Shown in pieces: positions 23,852-32,000 of a stretch of DNA of 32,000 nucleotides. Position 1 is the first letter of the stretch, and each line of letters begins with the position of its first letter. A program made the translations under genes and the position numbers. The stretch covers positions 990,001 to 1,022,000 of the forward strand of contig NC_015067.1 of the NCBI RefSeq assembly GCF_000196555.1, given 5' to 3'. The notes under the pieces were generated by a model, which saw only the letters and a program-made list of their open reading frames with translations, had not been told where the DNA came from and ran no database searches. Source of the DNA: Bifidobacterium longum subsp. longum JCM 1217. Its GTDB lineage: Bacteria > Actinomycetota > Actinomycetes > Actinomycetales > Bifidobacteriaceae.

Positions 23852-24811
23852 ATGAAGACTCAGGAAATCGGACAATCCGGCATGATTGCGTCACGAGTGG
23901 CGCTGGGTGTGATGCGCATGGACGCGCTGGATGCCGCCGATGCGGCACGTACCGTGGCCGTGGCCCATGATTCTGGCATCGACTATTTCGACACGGCGGA
24001 CATCTATGGATTCCATGATCATGCCGCGCACGCCAGTTCGAAGCGTTTCGGCCAAGCGTGGAAGGACGCAGGACTCGACCGCAGCACCATCTTCATCCAA
24101 ACCAAGTTCGGCATCGACTACAGTTTCGGCGAAAACGATGGCGGCGCCAACGGATATGACTTCAGCGCCAAGCATCTGATTGACGCACTCGATCACGAGC
24201 TTGAGGCTTTGCAGACGGATTACGTCGACGCCGTGCTGCTGCACCGTATTGACACGCTGTTTGAGTTGAACGAGGTCGCCGAAGCATTCGACGCGTTGGA
24301 ATCAAGCGGTAAAGTGCGTCATTTCGGAGTCAGCAATATGGGCCCGTGGCAGATCGAACTATTGCAAAGCGGCCTTCGTCAGAAATTGGAAATCAACCAA
24401 CTGCAGTTCGGCCTGATGCATACACAGATGCTCGACGCTGAAATCCAATTCAATATGGCGAGCGATCCCGCAGCCGATCGCACCGGCGGCATCCTGCCTT
24501 ATTCACGGCTGAAGCATATGACCATTCAGGCATGGTGCCCATTCCAATCCGGCACGGAATACGGTCCGTTCGTCGGCAACGAGCATTTCCCCGAGCTGAA
24601 CGCCGAATTGACCCGTCTTGCCGGCAAATACGGTTCCACGCCCAACGGCATTGCCGTCGCTTGGATTCTGCGTCATCCCGCCGGTATCCAGCCGTTGCTC
24701 GGCTCAATGACACCGGAGCGCATCCGCCAGATGGCGGCCGGTGCCGATATCGAACTCGAACGCCGTGACTGGTGGTCGCTGTATCAGGCAGCCGGCAATC
24801 CGTTGATGTGA
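23852..24811 (+). CDS. aldo/keto reductase family oxidoreductase
   Basis: LGVMRM, FDTADIYG and HFGVSN motifs. Confidence 0.9.
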   Translation: MKTQEIGQSGMIASRVALGVMRMDALDAADAARTVAVAHDSGIDYFDTADIYGFHDHAAHASSKRFGQAWKDAGLDRSTIFIQTKFGIDYSFGENDGGANGYDFSAKHLIDALDHELEALQTDYVDAVLLHRIDTLFELNEVAEAFDALESSGKVRHFGVSNMGPWQIELLQSGLRQKLEINQLQFGLMHTQMLDAEIQFNMASDPAADRTGGILPYSRLKHMTIQAWCPFQSGTEYGPFVGNEHFPELNAELTRLAGKYGSTPNGIAVAWILRHPAGIQPLLGSMTPERIRQMAAGADIELERRDWWSLYQAAGNPLM

Positions 24812-24851
24812 TTGCGGAACCACTCGACAACCCGTGTTTCACTCACCGGCA

Positions 24852-25496
24852 TCATATGGCACGTAGGAAATCCCGGATATCGGCGATTTCCTCATCACAG
24901 ATGGCATGGGCCATGCCGGAATACTCGCGATAGGTCAGATGTCCGGCCCGTTCAAGGACCTGATGGGCCGTTTGCTGGTCGGGCAGCGGAATCGTGCGGT
25001 CCTGCGCGCCATACGCCAGGAAGAATCGGGTAGGGGAGTCAAGCGCCGCCTGTTCCTCGCCCATGAACGAAGGACTGAGCAGGATCGCGGCATCGAACAA
25101 CGTCGGATGCACCTTGACCAGACGATACGACAGATAACCGCCTTGGGAGAAACCGATCAATATCTTCCTGCGATGGGCGAATGCCGAGGCATCCAGCAGT
25201 GAAGCCACCGCATCCCCGACCGCCGCGCATTCGCGTTGGCGCTCGTCCACGCCGCAGCCGTCGGGATACCAGTAATTGCCGCCCATATAGGGCCTCGCGT
25301 AGGTGGCGCGGAACGAGATATAGCTGGGTACGGCGGCAATTGCGGCCGGGGCCGCATCGGCTCGCGTCGGCGCATATACGGCGTCGAGAATCCGCATCAT
25401 CTCGCTTTCGTCGTTGCCGTAACCGTGGAACATCAGGAAAATGGGGTCATTGCCGCCGGCATCGATCTGGCTTGTCATCTGCATTCGCATCGTCAT
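24852..25496 (-). CDS. phospholipase/carboxylesterase-family alpha/beta hydrolase
   Basis: FLMFHGYGNDE and GFSQGG (GxSxG). GGTGAGG RBS precedes the ATG at 25496. The ORF-track extension to 25640 is not supported by any RBS. Confidence 0.8.
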   Translation of the reverse strand: MTMRMQMTSQIDAGGNDPIFLMFHGYGNDESEMMRILDAVYAPTRADAAPAAIAAVPSYISFRATYARPYMGGNYWYPDGCGVDERQRECAAVGDAVASLLDASAFAHRRKILIGFSQGGYLSYRLVKVHPTLFDAAILLSPSFMGEEQAALDSPTRFFLAYGAQDRTIPLPDQQTAHQVLERAGHLTYREYSGMAHAICDEEIADIRDFLRAI

Positions 25497-25566
25497 CACC
25501 TCACCAGCGAGCTTACATGCATTAGACTTGTAGCGATTGACCCACCGAGCACGCAAGGAGCAAGTT

Positions 25567-26637
25567 ATGGAGCCGAGGCGCGGGCCTCTCACCGCAGGCG
25601 AGAAAGTGCAGTTCACCGACCGCAAGGGCAAGAAGATCACCGATCAGCTTGTGGCCGGCGGCTCCACGCAGACCGAGCATGGCCTGATTCTGCATGACGA
25701 TGTGATTGGCAAGACCGAAGGCACCGTAATCCTCACCGTGCATGCCAAGCGCGAGGCACAGGTCAATCAGGTCTACCCCGAGAAAGACAAGAACAAGCCG
25801 TGGAAATCGTCGCGCGCCATCGGCGGCTGGGAGTATGCGGTGATGCGCCCGCGACTGGCCGATTATGTGCTTTCGATGCCGCGCGGCGCGCAGATCATGT
25901 ATCCGAAGGACATCGCCCAAGTTATTCAGCTCGGCGACATCCGCTCCGGCATGCGCGTGCTTGAGTCCGGTGCCGGCTCGGGCGCGATGAGCGTGAACCT
26001 GCTGGACGCCGTGGGCGAGCGCGGCCACCTGACCACGATCGAGCTGCGCCCCGAATTCGCCAAGGTCGCCCAAGCCAATGCCACGCTGTACTATGGCGAG
26101 GCCCCCAGCTGGTGGGATCTCAAAACCGGCGACTTCGATTCCGTTGCCGCCGAACTGCCCGAACACTGGTTCGACCGCATCATGCTCGACATGCTCGACC
26201 CGTGGAACAGGCTCGAGCAGGCATACCGCGTGATTGCCCCCGGCGGCGTGTTGGTCAGTTACGTAACTACCACCACGCAGATGAGCCGCATGGCCGAAGC
26301 CCTGCGCGCGGCCGGCTGCTGGACCGAGCCGCAGATCCAGGAATCGTTCGAACGCACATGGAAGGCCCAGGGCCTCGCCGTACGCCCCGACCACCAGATG
26401 ATCGGTCATACCGGTTTCCTTGTTATCTCGCGCGCCATGGCCTCCGGGTTCGAGGCGCTCAGAAAGCGCGATCGCGTGACCAAGGACACACAGACCGACA
26501 TCGACTCGCTCACCGACGAACAGCGTGAAGCGCAGATCGAGGAACTGGAACTGCGCGACATCTCCGACCACAAACTACGTAAGGTGTTGCGCGACCTCGA
26601 CCGTCAGGTGGGAGAACTTGGCAATACGCACGAATAA
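25567..26637 (+). CDS. trmI: tRNA (adenine(58)-N1)-methyltransferase (GCD14/TrmI family)
   Basis: GAQIMYPKDIAQVI and the SAM motif VLESGAGSGAMS. AAGGAG RBS precedes the ATG at 25567. Confidence 0.85.
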   Translation: MEPRRGPLTAGEKVQFTDRKGKKITDQLVAGGSTQTEHGLILHDDVIGKTEGTVILTVHAKREAQVNQVYPEKDKNKPWKSSRAIGGWEYAVMRPRLADYVLSMPRGAQIMYPKDIAQVIQLGDIRSGMRVLESGAGSGAMSVNLLDAVGERGHLTTIELRPEFAKVAQANATLYYGEAPSWWDLKTGDFDSVAAELPEHWFDRIMLDMLDPWNRLEQAYRVIAPGGVLVSYVTTTTQMSRMAEALRAAGCWTEPQIQESFERTWKAQGLAVRPDHQMIGHTGFLVISRAMASGFEALRKRDRVTKDTQTDIDSLTDEQREAQIEELELRDISDHKLRKVLRDLDRQVGELGNTHE

Positions 26638-26742
26638 CCGCCAAACGATGAGTTTGTGAACGCTCACACACCTCTATACTGGAAGCAATACCACACCGCC
26701 ACACCGCCACACCGGGCAGACGGTTCGTGAAGGGAGCCACGG

Positions 26743-27300
26743 ATGGGCATCAAGCTGAGTAAAGTCGCCAAAGCGGCGAAGAAATACGACCATATTCTCA
26801 TCATCATGAGGCATGCCAAGGCTGAGCCGTTCGGCGACAAGGGTGACTCGGAGCGCGAGCTCACCGACAAAGGTCTGAAACAGGCGAAGGCCGTGGGCAA
26901 GGGCATCGAGTCGTTGGGACTGGTGCCCGACCAAATCTCCTGCTCGTCCGTTACCCGCACGCGCCAGACGTTGGACCGCATGCTCAAGACCTTTGGCGAC
27001 AAGCCAATCGTCGACTACCGCATCAGCCTGTATGACGGGGGAGTGCAGGCGGTGTTCGACGAGCTCGCCCACGTCAAGGCCAAGAATCGCGTGTTCATGA
27101 TCGTGGGCCACGAGCCGACTGTGTCGATCAGCGCCCAATGGCTCGCCTCCGCCGACTCCGACGGCGAACGACTCGACCTGCTGAATTTGGGACTTTCGCC
27201 CGCATCCATCGTGATCATGGGATCGAACAAACCGTTCGACGAATGGCAGGTGCACAGCGGCGAACTGCTCGCGGTCATCAATGTGAAAGACTTCGACTAA
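26743..27300 (+). CDS. histidine phosphatase family protein (SixA-like phosphohistidine phosphatase)
   Basis: IIMRHAKAEP...ERELTDKGLKQA carries the RHG-type catalytic motif. The protein is short (185 aa). Confidence 0.8.
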   Translation: MGIKLSKVAKAAKKYDHILIIMRHAKAEPFGDKGDSERELTDKGLKQAKAVGKGIESLGLVPDQISCSSVTRTRQTLDRMLKTFGDKPIVDYRISLYDGGVQAVFDELAHVKAKNRVFMIVGHEPTVSISAQWLASADSDGERLDLLNLGLSPASIVIMGSNKPFDEWQVHSGELLAVINVKDFD

Positions 27301-27410
27301 AGCGGATATAAATTCCATCTATAACGACACTCTGCGGCCATTTATAAGGGCCGGAATCCGGATGTTTTGCTACCCTAAGTCGGGTTACGAACGCATACAT
27401 TGGAGGATTC

Positions 27411-29714
27411 ATGTCCACTCTGACTTCCGTCTCCGGCTTCCCCCGCATCGGGCAGAACCGCGAACTGAAGAAGATCATCGAAGGCTACTGGAAGGGTGCC
27501 AACGACCTCGCCGCCGTCAAGGCCACCGCCGCCGAACTGCGCGCCAAGCACTGGAAGCTGCAGCAGGCCGCCGGCATCGACCTCATTCCCAGCAACGACT
27601 TCAGCTACTACGATCAGATGCTGGACACCGCCATCCTTCTCAACGTGATTCCGCAGCGTTACGCACGTCTCTCCTTCGACAACCAGGAGGACACGCTCTT
27701 CGCCATGGCCCGCGGCTACCAGGGCGACAAGGGCGACGTGACCGCCCTGCCGATGAAGAAGTGGTTCACCACCAACTACCACTATCTGGTGCCCGAAGTC
27801 GAGTCGGCCGCGGAGATCAAGCTCAACTCCACCAAGCCGTTCGACGAGTTCAACGAGGCCAAGGCGCTGGGCATCGACACCAAGCCCGTGTTCATCGGCC
27901 CGTACACGTTCCTGAAGCTCGCCCGTACCCCGGAAGCCACCGAACTCGAGCTCGACAAGGGCCTGGTCAACGCCGTGGCCGCCGTCTACGTCGAAGTGCT
28001 CGCCAAGTTCAACGAGCTCGGCGCCGCATGGGTCCAGCTCGACGAGCCGTACCTCGTGCTCGACAAGGAGCCGGGCGACGTTGAACTCTTCAAGACCCTG
28101 TACACCAAGATCCTGTCCGCCAAGGGCAATGTCAAGGTGCTGCTCAACACCTACTTCGGCCACATCGCCGACGTGTACGAGACCGTCAACCTGCTCGGCT
28201 TCGACGGCATCGGCTTGGACCTCAACGAAGGTCGCGAGGAGAACCTCGAAGCCGTCGCCAAGTATGGCGTGGCCTCCAACACCACCATCTTCGCCGGCGT
28301 GATCAACGGCCGCAACATCTGGCGCAACAACTACGCCACCTCCCTCGGCCTGGTCGACGCCCTGAAGCAGGTCACCGCCAACGTGGCCGTCTCCACCGCA
28401 TCCTCCCTGCTGCACGTGCCGTTCAGCACCGAAGGCGAGACCGGCATCCCGGCCGAAGACCTCAAGCACTTCGCGTTCGCCGTCCAGAAGCTCGACGAGC
28501 TCAAGGAAGTCGCCGCCCTGGCCGACGCCACCGAGGACGAGAAGAAGGCATCCGCCGCCCTCGCCGCCAACCAGGCTCTGTTCGACGGCACCCGCGTGGC
28601 CGCCGACCCGGCCGTCGCCGAGCGCATCGGCAAGCTGTCCGACGCCGACTACGTGCGTCAGCCTGCCCGCGAGGAGCGTCAGGCCCTGCAGCGCGAGGCC
28701 CTCGGCCTGCCGCTGCTGCCGACCACCACCATCGGCTCCTTCCCCCAGACCAAGGAGATTCGCGCCGAGCGTGCCAAGCTGCGCAAGGGCGAGGTCACCA
28801 AGGAAGCCTACGACGAGTTCATCAAAGCCCAGATCGACGCCGTCATCAAGAAGCAGGAGGAGATCGGCCTCGACGTGCTGGTCCACGGCGAGTTCGAGCG
28901 TAACGACATGGTCGAATATTTCGGCCAGAACCTCAACGGCTTCCTGTTCACCAAGAACGCTTGGGTCCAGTCCTACGGCACCCGTTGCGTCAAGCCCCCG
29001 ATCGTCTGGGGCGACGTTTCCCGCGCCAACCCGATTACCGTGGAATGGTCCGCGTACGCCCAGTCCAAGACCGACCATGTGATGAAGGGCATGCTCACCG
29101 GCCCGGTGACCATCCTCAACTGGTCCTGGCCGCGCGAGGACATCACCCACGAGGAGCAGACCAAGCAGCTCGCCCTCGCCATCCGCGACGAAGTGCTCGA
29201 TCTCGAGGCCGCCGGTATCAAGGTCATCCAGATCGATGAGGCCGCCCTGCGTGAGAAGCTGCCGCTGCGCAAGTCCGACTGGCACGTCAAGTACCTCGAC
29301 TGGGCCGTTCCGGCCTTCCGTCTGGTGCACTCCGCCGTCAAGCCGACCACCCAGATTCACACCCACATGTGCTACTCCGAGTTCAACGACATCATCCGCG
29401 ACATCGACGCGATGGATGCCGACGTGATCTCCTTCGAAGCCTCCCGTGGCGATCTGGTGGTGCTCGACGCCATTCATGACGCGCACTTCGAGACCGAGGC
29501 CGGCCCGGGCGTCTACGACATTCACTCCCCGCGTATTCCTTCCGAGAAGGAGATCGAGGATCGTATCTACGAGATCCTTGACAAGATGGACGTCAAGAAG
29601 GTGTGGATCAACCCTGACTGCGGTCTGAAGACCCGTGGTAACGCCGAGACCTGGCCGAGCCTGGAGAACCTGGTCGCCGCCGCCAAGGCCGTGCGCGCCA
29701 AGCTCGACAAGTAG
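27411..29714 (+). CDS. metE: 5-methyltetrahydropteroyltriglutamate--homocysteine S-methyltransferase (cobalamin-independent methionine synthase)
   Basis: 767 aa. N-terminus [14 protein letters not shown], and C-terminal Zn-site region HTHMCYSEF...NPDCGLKTR. Confidence 0.95.
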
Positions 29715-29723
29715 CGGAAATCA

Positions 29724-29757
29724 CCGAGCTCCCTCTGGATGAGGGAGCTCGGGTTTA
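29724..29757 (+). terminator. intrinsic terminator after metE
   Basis: 12-bp stem CCGAGCTCCCTC / GAGGGAGCTCGG with loop TGGAT, followed by GTTTA. Confidence 0.65.
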
Positions 29758-29772
29758 TGTAAGGAAATCAGC

Positions 29773-30627
29773 ATGCATTCCCCGATGTTCACCCTTGAGG
29801 TCTTTCCCCCGAAGCGCAACGCGCCTGTTGGCACCATCTACGACACCCTCGACGGACTCGAAGGGCTGAACCCCGACTTCATCTCCGTGACCTACGGTCA
29901 CGGCACCCATTCCGACCGCACCGCCACCGCGCGCATCGCCCACACGATCAGCAAGGAATACGGCATCCCCGCAGTCGCCCACCTGACCGCGCTCTACTCC
30001 GACAAGGCCAAGATCGATGAGGCTCTCGACATGTTCGAGGAAGCCGGCGTGAGCGCTGTGCTCGCGCTGCGCGGCGACTACATCGACGGCGAGCAGCTGG
30101 TCGGCGAGTTCAACCACGCCAGCGACCTCGTGTCATACATCCGCTCCGTGAAGCCGGACTTCAAGGTGTTTGGTGCTTGCTACCCGGAAGGCCACTATCA
30201 GGCTGACTCGCTGGACCAGGACATCGAAAACCTCAAAATCAAGGTCGATGCCGGCGTCACTCACCTGATTTCCCAGCTCTTCTACGACAATGAGGACTTC
30301 TACCGCTTCCTCGACAAGGCGCGCGCCGCCGGCATCACCGTGCCGATCGAGGCGGGCATCATGCCGGTGCGTGGCGCCAAGTCCGTGCATCGCATGGCCG
30401 AGCGCAACGCCTCGCGCATCCCGGACAAGCTCAACACCCTGCTGAACAAGTGGGGGGACGACATCCAGTCCCTGCGTGCCGCCGGCATCCTCTACGCTTC
30501 CGAGCAGATCGCCGACCTCGTGGCCCACGACGTGGACGGCGTCCACCTGTATTCGATGAACCACCCCGCCACCACGCGCCGTATCTGGCGCAATGCGGAA
30601 CCGTTGTTCCGCGGTACGCAAGGTTGA
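29773..30627 (+). CDS. metF: methylenetetrahydrofolate reductase
   Basis: The FTLEVFPPK start, ALRGD, and LISQLFYD are family-typical. It lies directly downstream of metE. Confidence 0.9.
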   Translation: MHSPMFTLEVFPPKRNAPVGTIYDTLDGLEGLNPDFISVTYGHGTHSDRTATARIAHTISKEYGIPAVAHLTALYSDKAKIDEALDMFEEAGVSAVLALRGDYIDGEQLVGEFNHASDLVSYIRSVKPDFKVFGACYPEGHYQADSLDQDIENLKIKVDAGVTHLISQLFYDNEDFYRFLDKARAAGITVPIEAGIMPVRGAKSVHRMAERNASRIPDKLNTLLNKWGDDIQSLRAAGILYASEQIADLVAHDVDGVHLYSMNHPATTRRIWRNAEPLFRGTQG

Positions 30628-30635
30628 CGCATATC

Positions 30636-30667
30636 GCGGCGCGGCGCATCTCAATGCGTCGCGCCGC
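30636..30667 (+). terminator. GC-rich hairpin after metF (terminator-like, weak T-tail)
   Basis: 12-bp stem GCGGCGCGGCGC / GCGTCGCGCCGC (one G-U pair) with an 8-nt loop. Confidence 0.4.
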
Positions 30668-30760
30668 ACGTTAATCTGCTGGCGAAACCCAGAGTTCCCC
30701 CAGCGGCCGATGGGTATCATGAACGTGCAATCCAACCAAAGCGATGGAAGGGAGTCCGTT

Positions 30761-31714
30761 ATGTGCACTGGTGTCCGTTTCTCCGATGATGAGGGCAACA
30801 CCTATTTCGGCCGTAATCTCGACTGGAGTTTCTCATATGGGGAGACCATCCTGGTCACTCCGCGCGGCTACCACTATGACACGGTGTTCGGTGCGGGCGG
30901 CAAGGCGAAGCCGAACGCGGTGATCGGCGTGGGTGTGGTCATGGCCGATAGGCCGATGTATTTCGACTGCGCCAATGAACATGGTCTGGCCATCGCCGGC
31001 TTGAATTTCCCCGGCTACGCCTCGTTCGTCCACGAACCGGTCGAAGGCACGGAAAACGTCGCCACGTTCGAATTTCCGCTGTGGGTGGCGCGTAATTTCG
31101 ACTCCGTCGACGAGGTCGAGGAGGCGCTCAGGAACGTGACGCTCGTCTCCCAGATCGTGCCGGGACAGCAGGAGTCTCTGCTGCACTGGTTCATCGGCGA
31201 CGGCAAGCGCAGCATCGTCGTCGAGCAGATGGCCGATGGCATGCACGTGCATCATGATGACGTCGATGTGCTGACCAATCAGCCGACGTTCGACTTCCAT
31301 ATGGAAAACCTGCGCAACTACATGTGCGTCAGCAACGAGATGGCCGAACCGACTTCATGGGGCAAGGCCTCCTTGACCGCCTGGGGTGCGGGTGTGGGCA
31401 TGCATGGCATCCCGGGCGACGTGAGTTCCCCGTCGCGCTTCGTTCGTGTGGCCTACACCAACGCGCATTACCCGCAGCAGAACGATGAAGCCGCCAATGT
31501 GTCGCGCCTGTTCCACACCCTCGGCTCCGTGCAGATGGTGGACGGCATGGCGAAGATGGGCGACGGCCAGTTCGAACGCACGCTGTTCACCAGCGGATAT
31601 TCGTCCAAGACCAACACCTATTACATGAACACCTATGATGACCCCGCCATCCGTTCCTACGCCATGGCCGATTACGATATGGATTCCTCGGAGCTCATCA
31701 GCGTCGCCCGATGA
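30761..31714 (+). CDS. bsh: choloylglycine hydrolase (bile salt hydrolase), Ntn-hydrolase with a Cys2 nucleophile
   Basis: MCTGVRFSDDEGNTYFGRNLDW at the N-terminus. The 317-aa length matches bifidobacterial BSH. GGAAGGGAG RBS. The ORF-track start at 30593 overlaps metF and is rejected. Confidence 0.95.
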   Translation: MCTGVRFSDDEGNTYFGRNLDWSFSYGETILVTPRGYHYDTVFGAGGKAKPNAVIGVGVVMADRPMYFDCANEHGLAIAGLNFPGYASFVHEPVEGTENVATFEFPLWVARNFDSVDEVEEALRNVTLVSQIVPGQQESLLHWFIGDGKRSIVVEQMADGMHVHHDDVDVLTNQPTFDFHMENLRNYMCVSNEMAEPTSWGKASLTAWGAGVGMHGIPGDVSSPSRFVRVAYTNAHYPQQNDEAANVSRLFHTLGSVQMVDGMAKMGDGQFERTLFTSGYSSKTNTYYMNTYDDPAIRSYAMADYDMDSSELISVAR

Positions 31715-31769
31715 CTCCTTCCCGGCTCATGCCCCATTCGGAGGGCATGAGCGTATATAGTGGAATCTT

Positions 31770-32000
31770 ATGGAATCGTCGATCTTCAAACCCAGCTCCA
31801 TGGACCTCATCAGGGCAGGTCTGCAAGACCTCGACAAGGCCCGCGCCTTGTTCGACCAGCTCAAGGCGGACGACATTCCCGATGAGCGATGCGCCGAACT
31901 GCTGAGCGCGCTGGCCCACGCCTGCGACCCCGATATGGCATTGAGCAATTTCGTGGATATCGTCAACGCGATGCAATCCAGCCAGCGCGATCTGGAACAC
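31770..32000 (+). CDS. glnE: 5' end of a glutamine synthetase adenylyltransferase-like gene (partial, runs off the window)
   Basis: An open frame runs from the ATG at 31770 to the window end (MESSIFKPSSMDLIRAGLQDLDKARALF...). As I recall, a glnE homologue lies immediately downstream of bsh in B. longum. The assignment rests mainly on that synteny. Confidence 0.55.
   Translation, partial: MESSIFKPSSMDLIRAGLQDLDKARALFDQLKADDIPDERCAELLSALAHACDPDMALSNFVDIVNAMQSSQRDLEH

Noticed and set aside
27301-27410. Possible riboswitch or T-box leader upstream of metE (B12, SAM or Met-T-box).
   Set aside because: The spacer is only about 110 nt, and part of it is the hairpin ending the upstream SixA-like gene. 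I see no B12-box, SAM or T-box signature. It is too short for those leaders.
27375-29525. 716-aa ORF antisense to metE. Similar long antisense ORFs lie at 761-2008, 25522-26571, 21376-22164 and 30133-30801.
   Set aside because: These are mirror ORFs opposite genes with clear family motifs. They are Arg/Gly/Val/His-rich low-complexity translations, typical of stop-codon depletion in high-GC DNA. None has an RBS or a recognisable domain.

Overview
This is a high-GC actinobacterial chromosome segment, most consistent with the Bifidobacterium longum group. Supporting genes are a 317-aa Cys2 bile salt hydrolase followed by a glnE-like start, metE-metF, and a Corynebacterium-type glycogen-synthase-like GT4. 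Ordinary housekeeping genes fill about 1-5.8 kb and 21.5-32 kb. Between them, at about 5.83-21.3 kb, lies a visibly more AT-rich accessory island. It is a mosaic of three kinds of content. (i) Decayed mobile-element genes: an Xis/AlpA-like HTH gene broken over three frames, a truncated and frameshifted ImmA/IrrE peptidase, and an intact XRE repressor. (ii) A GC-rich IS3-family element whose transposase gene is split by a 3.4-kb recombinase-in-trio element. That element has three ATGA-coupled tyrosine recombinases and 95-bp perfect terminal inverted repeats; it is the RIT class, which I recall being called a mobile integrase cassette in B. longum. (iii) Cargo that looks conflict- or defence-related. 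This includes an XRE / ADP-ribosylglycohydrolase divergent pair. It also includes a tight operon encoding a frameshift-split Gly/Ala-zipper coiled-coil protein, a TerB-domain protein with 33-bp tandem coding repeats, and a second Gly-zipper membrane protein. Finally there is a 598-aa protein with an Mrr-like PD-(D/E)xK N-terminal domain, preceded by a perfect GAAC-N4-GTTC (LexA/Cheo-box-like) palindrome. The TerB/Gly-zipper operon and the orphan nuclease-like gene are my best candidates for an undescribed system. Neither matches a named system I recognise, but I cannot run searches. I saw no rRNA, tRNA or CRISPR array. All coordinates come from reading the sequence by eye, and product calls rest on motif recognition only.
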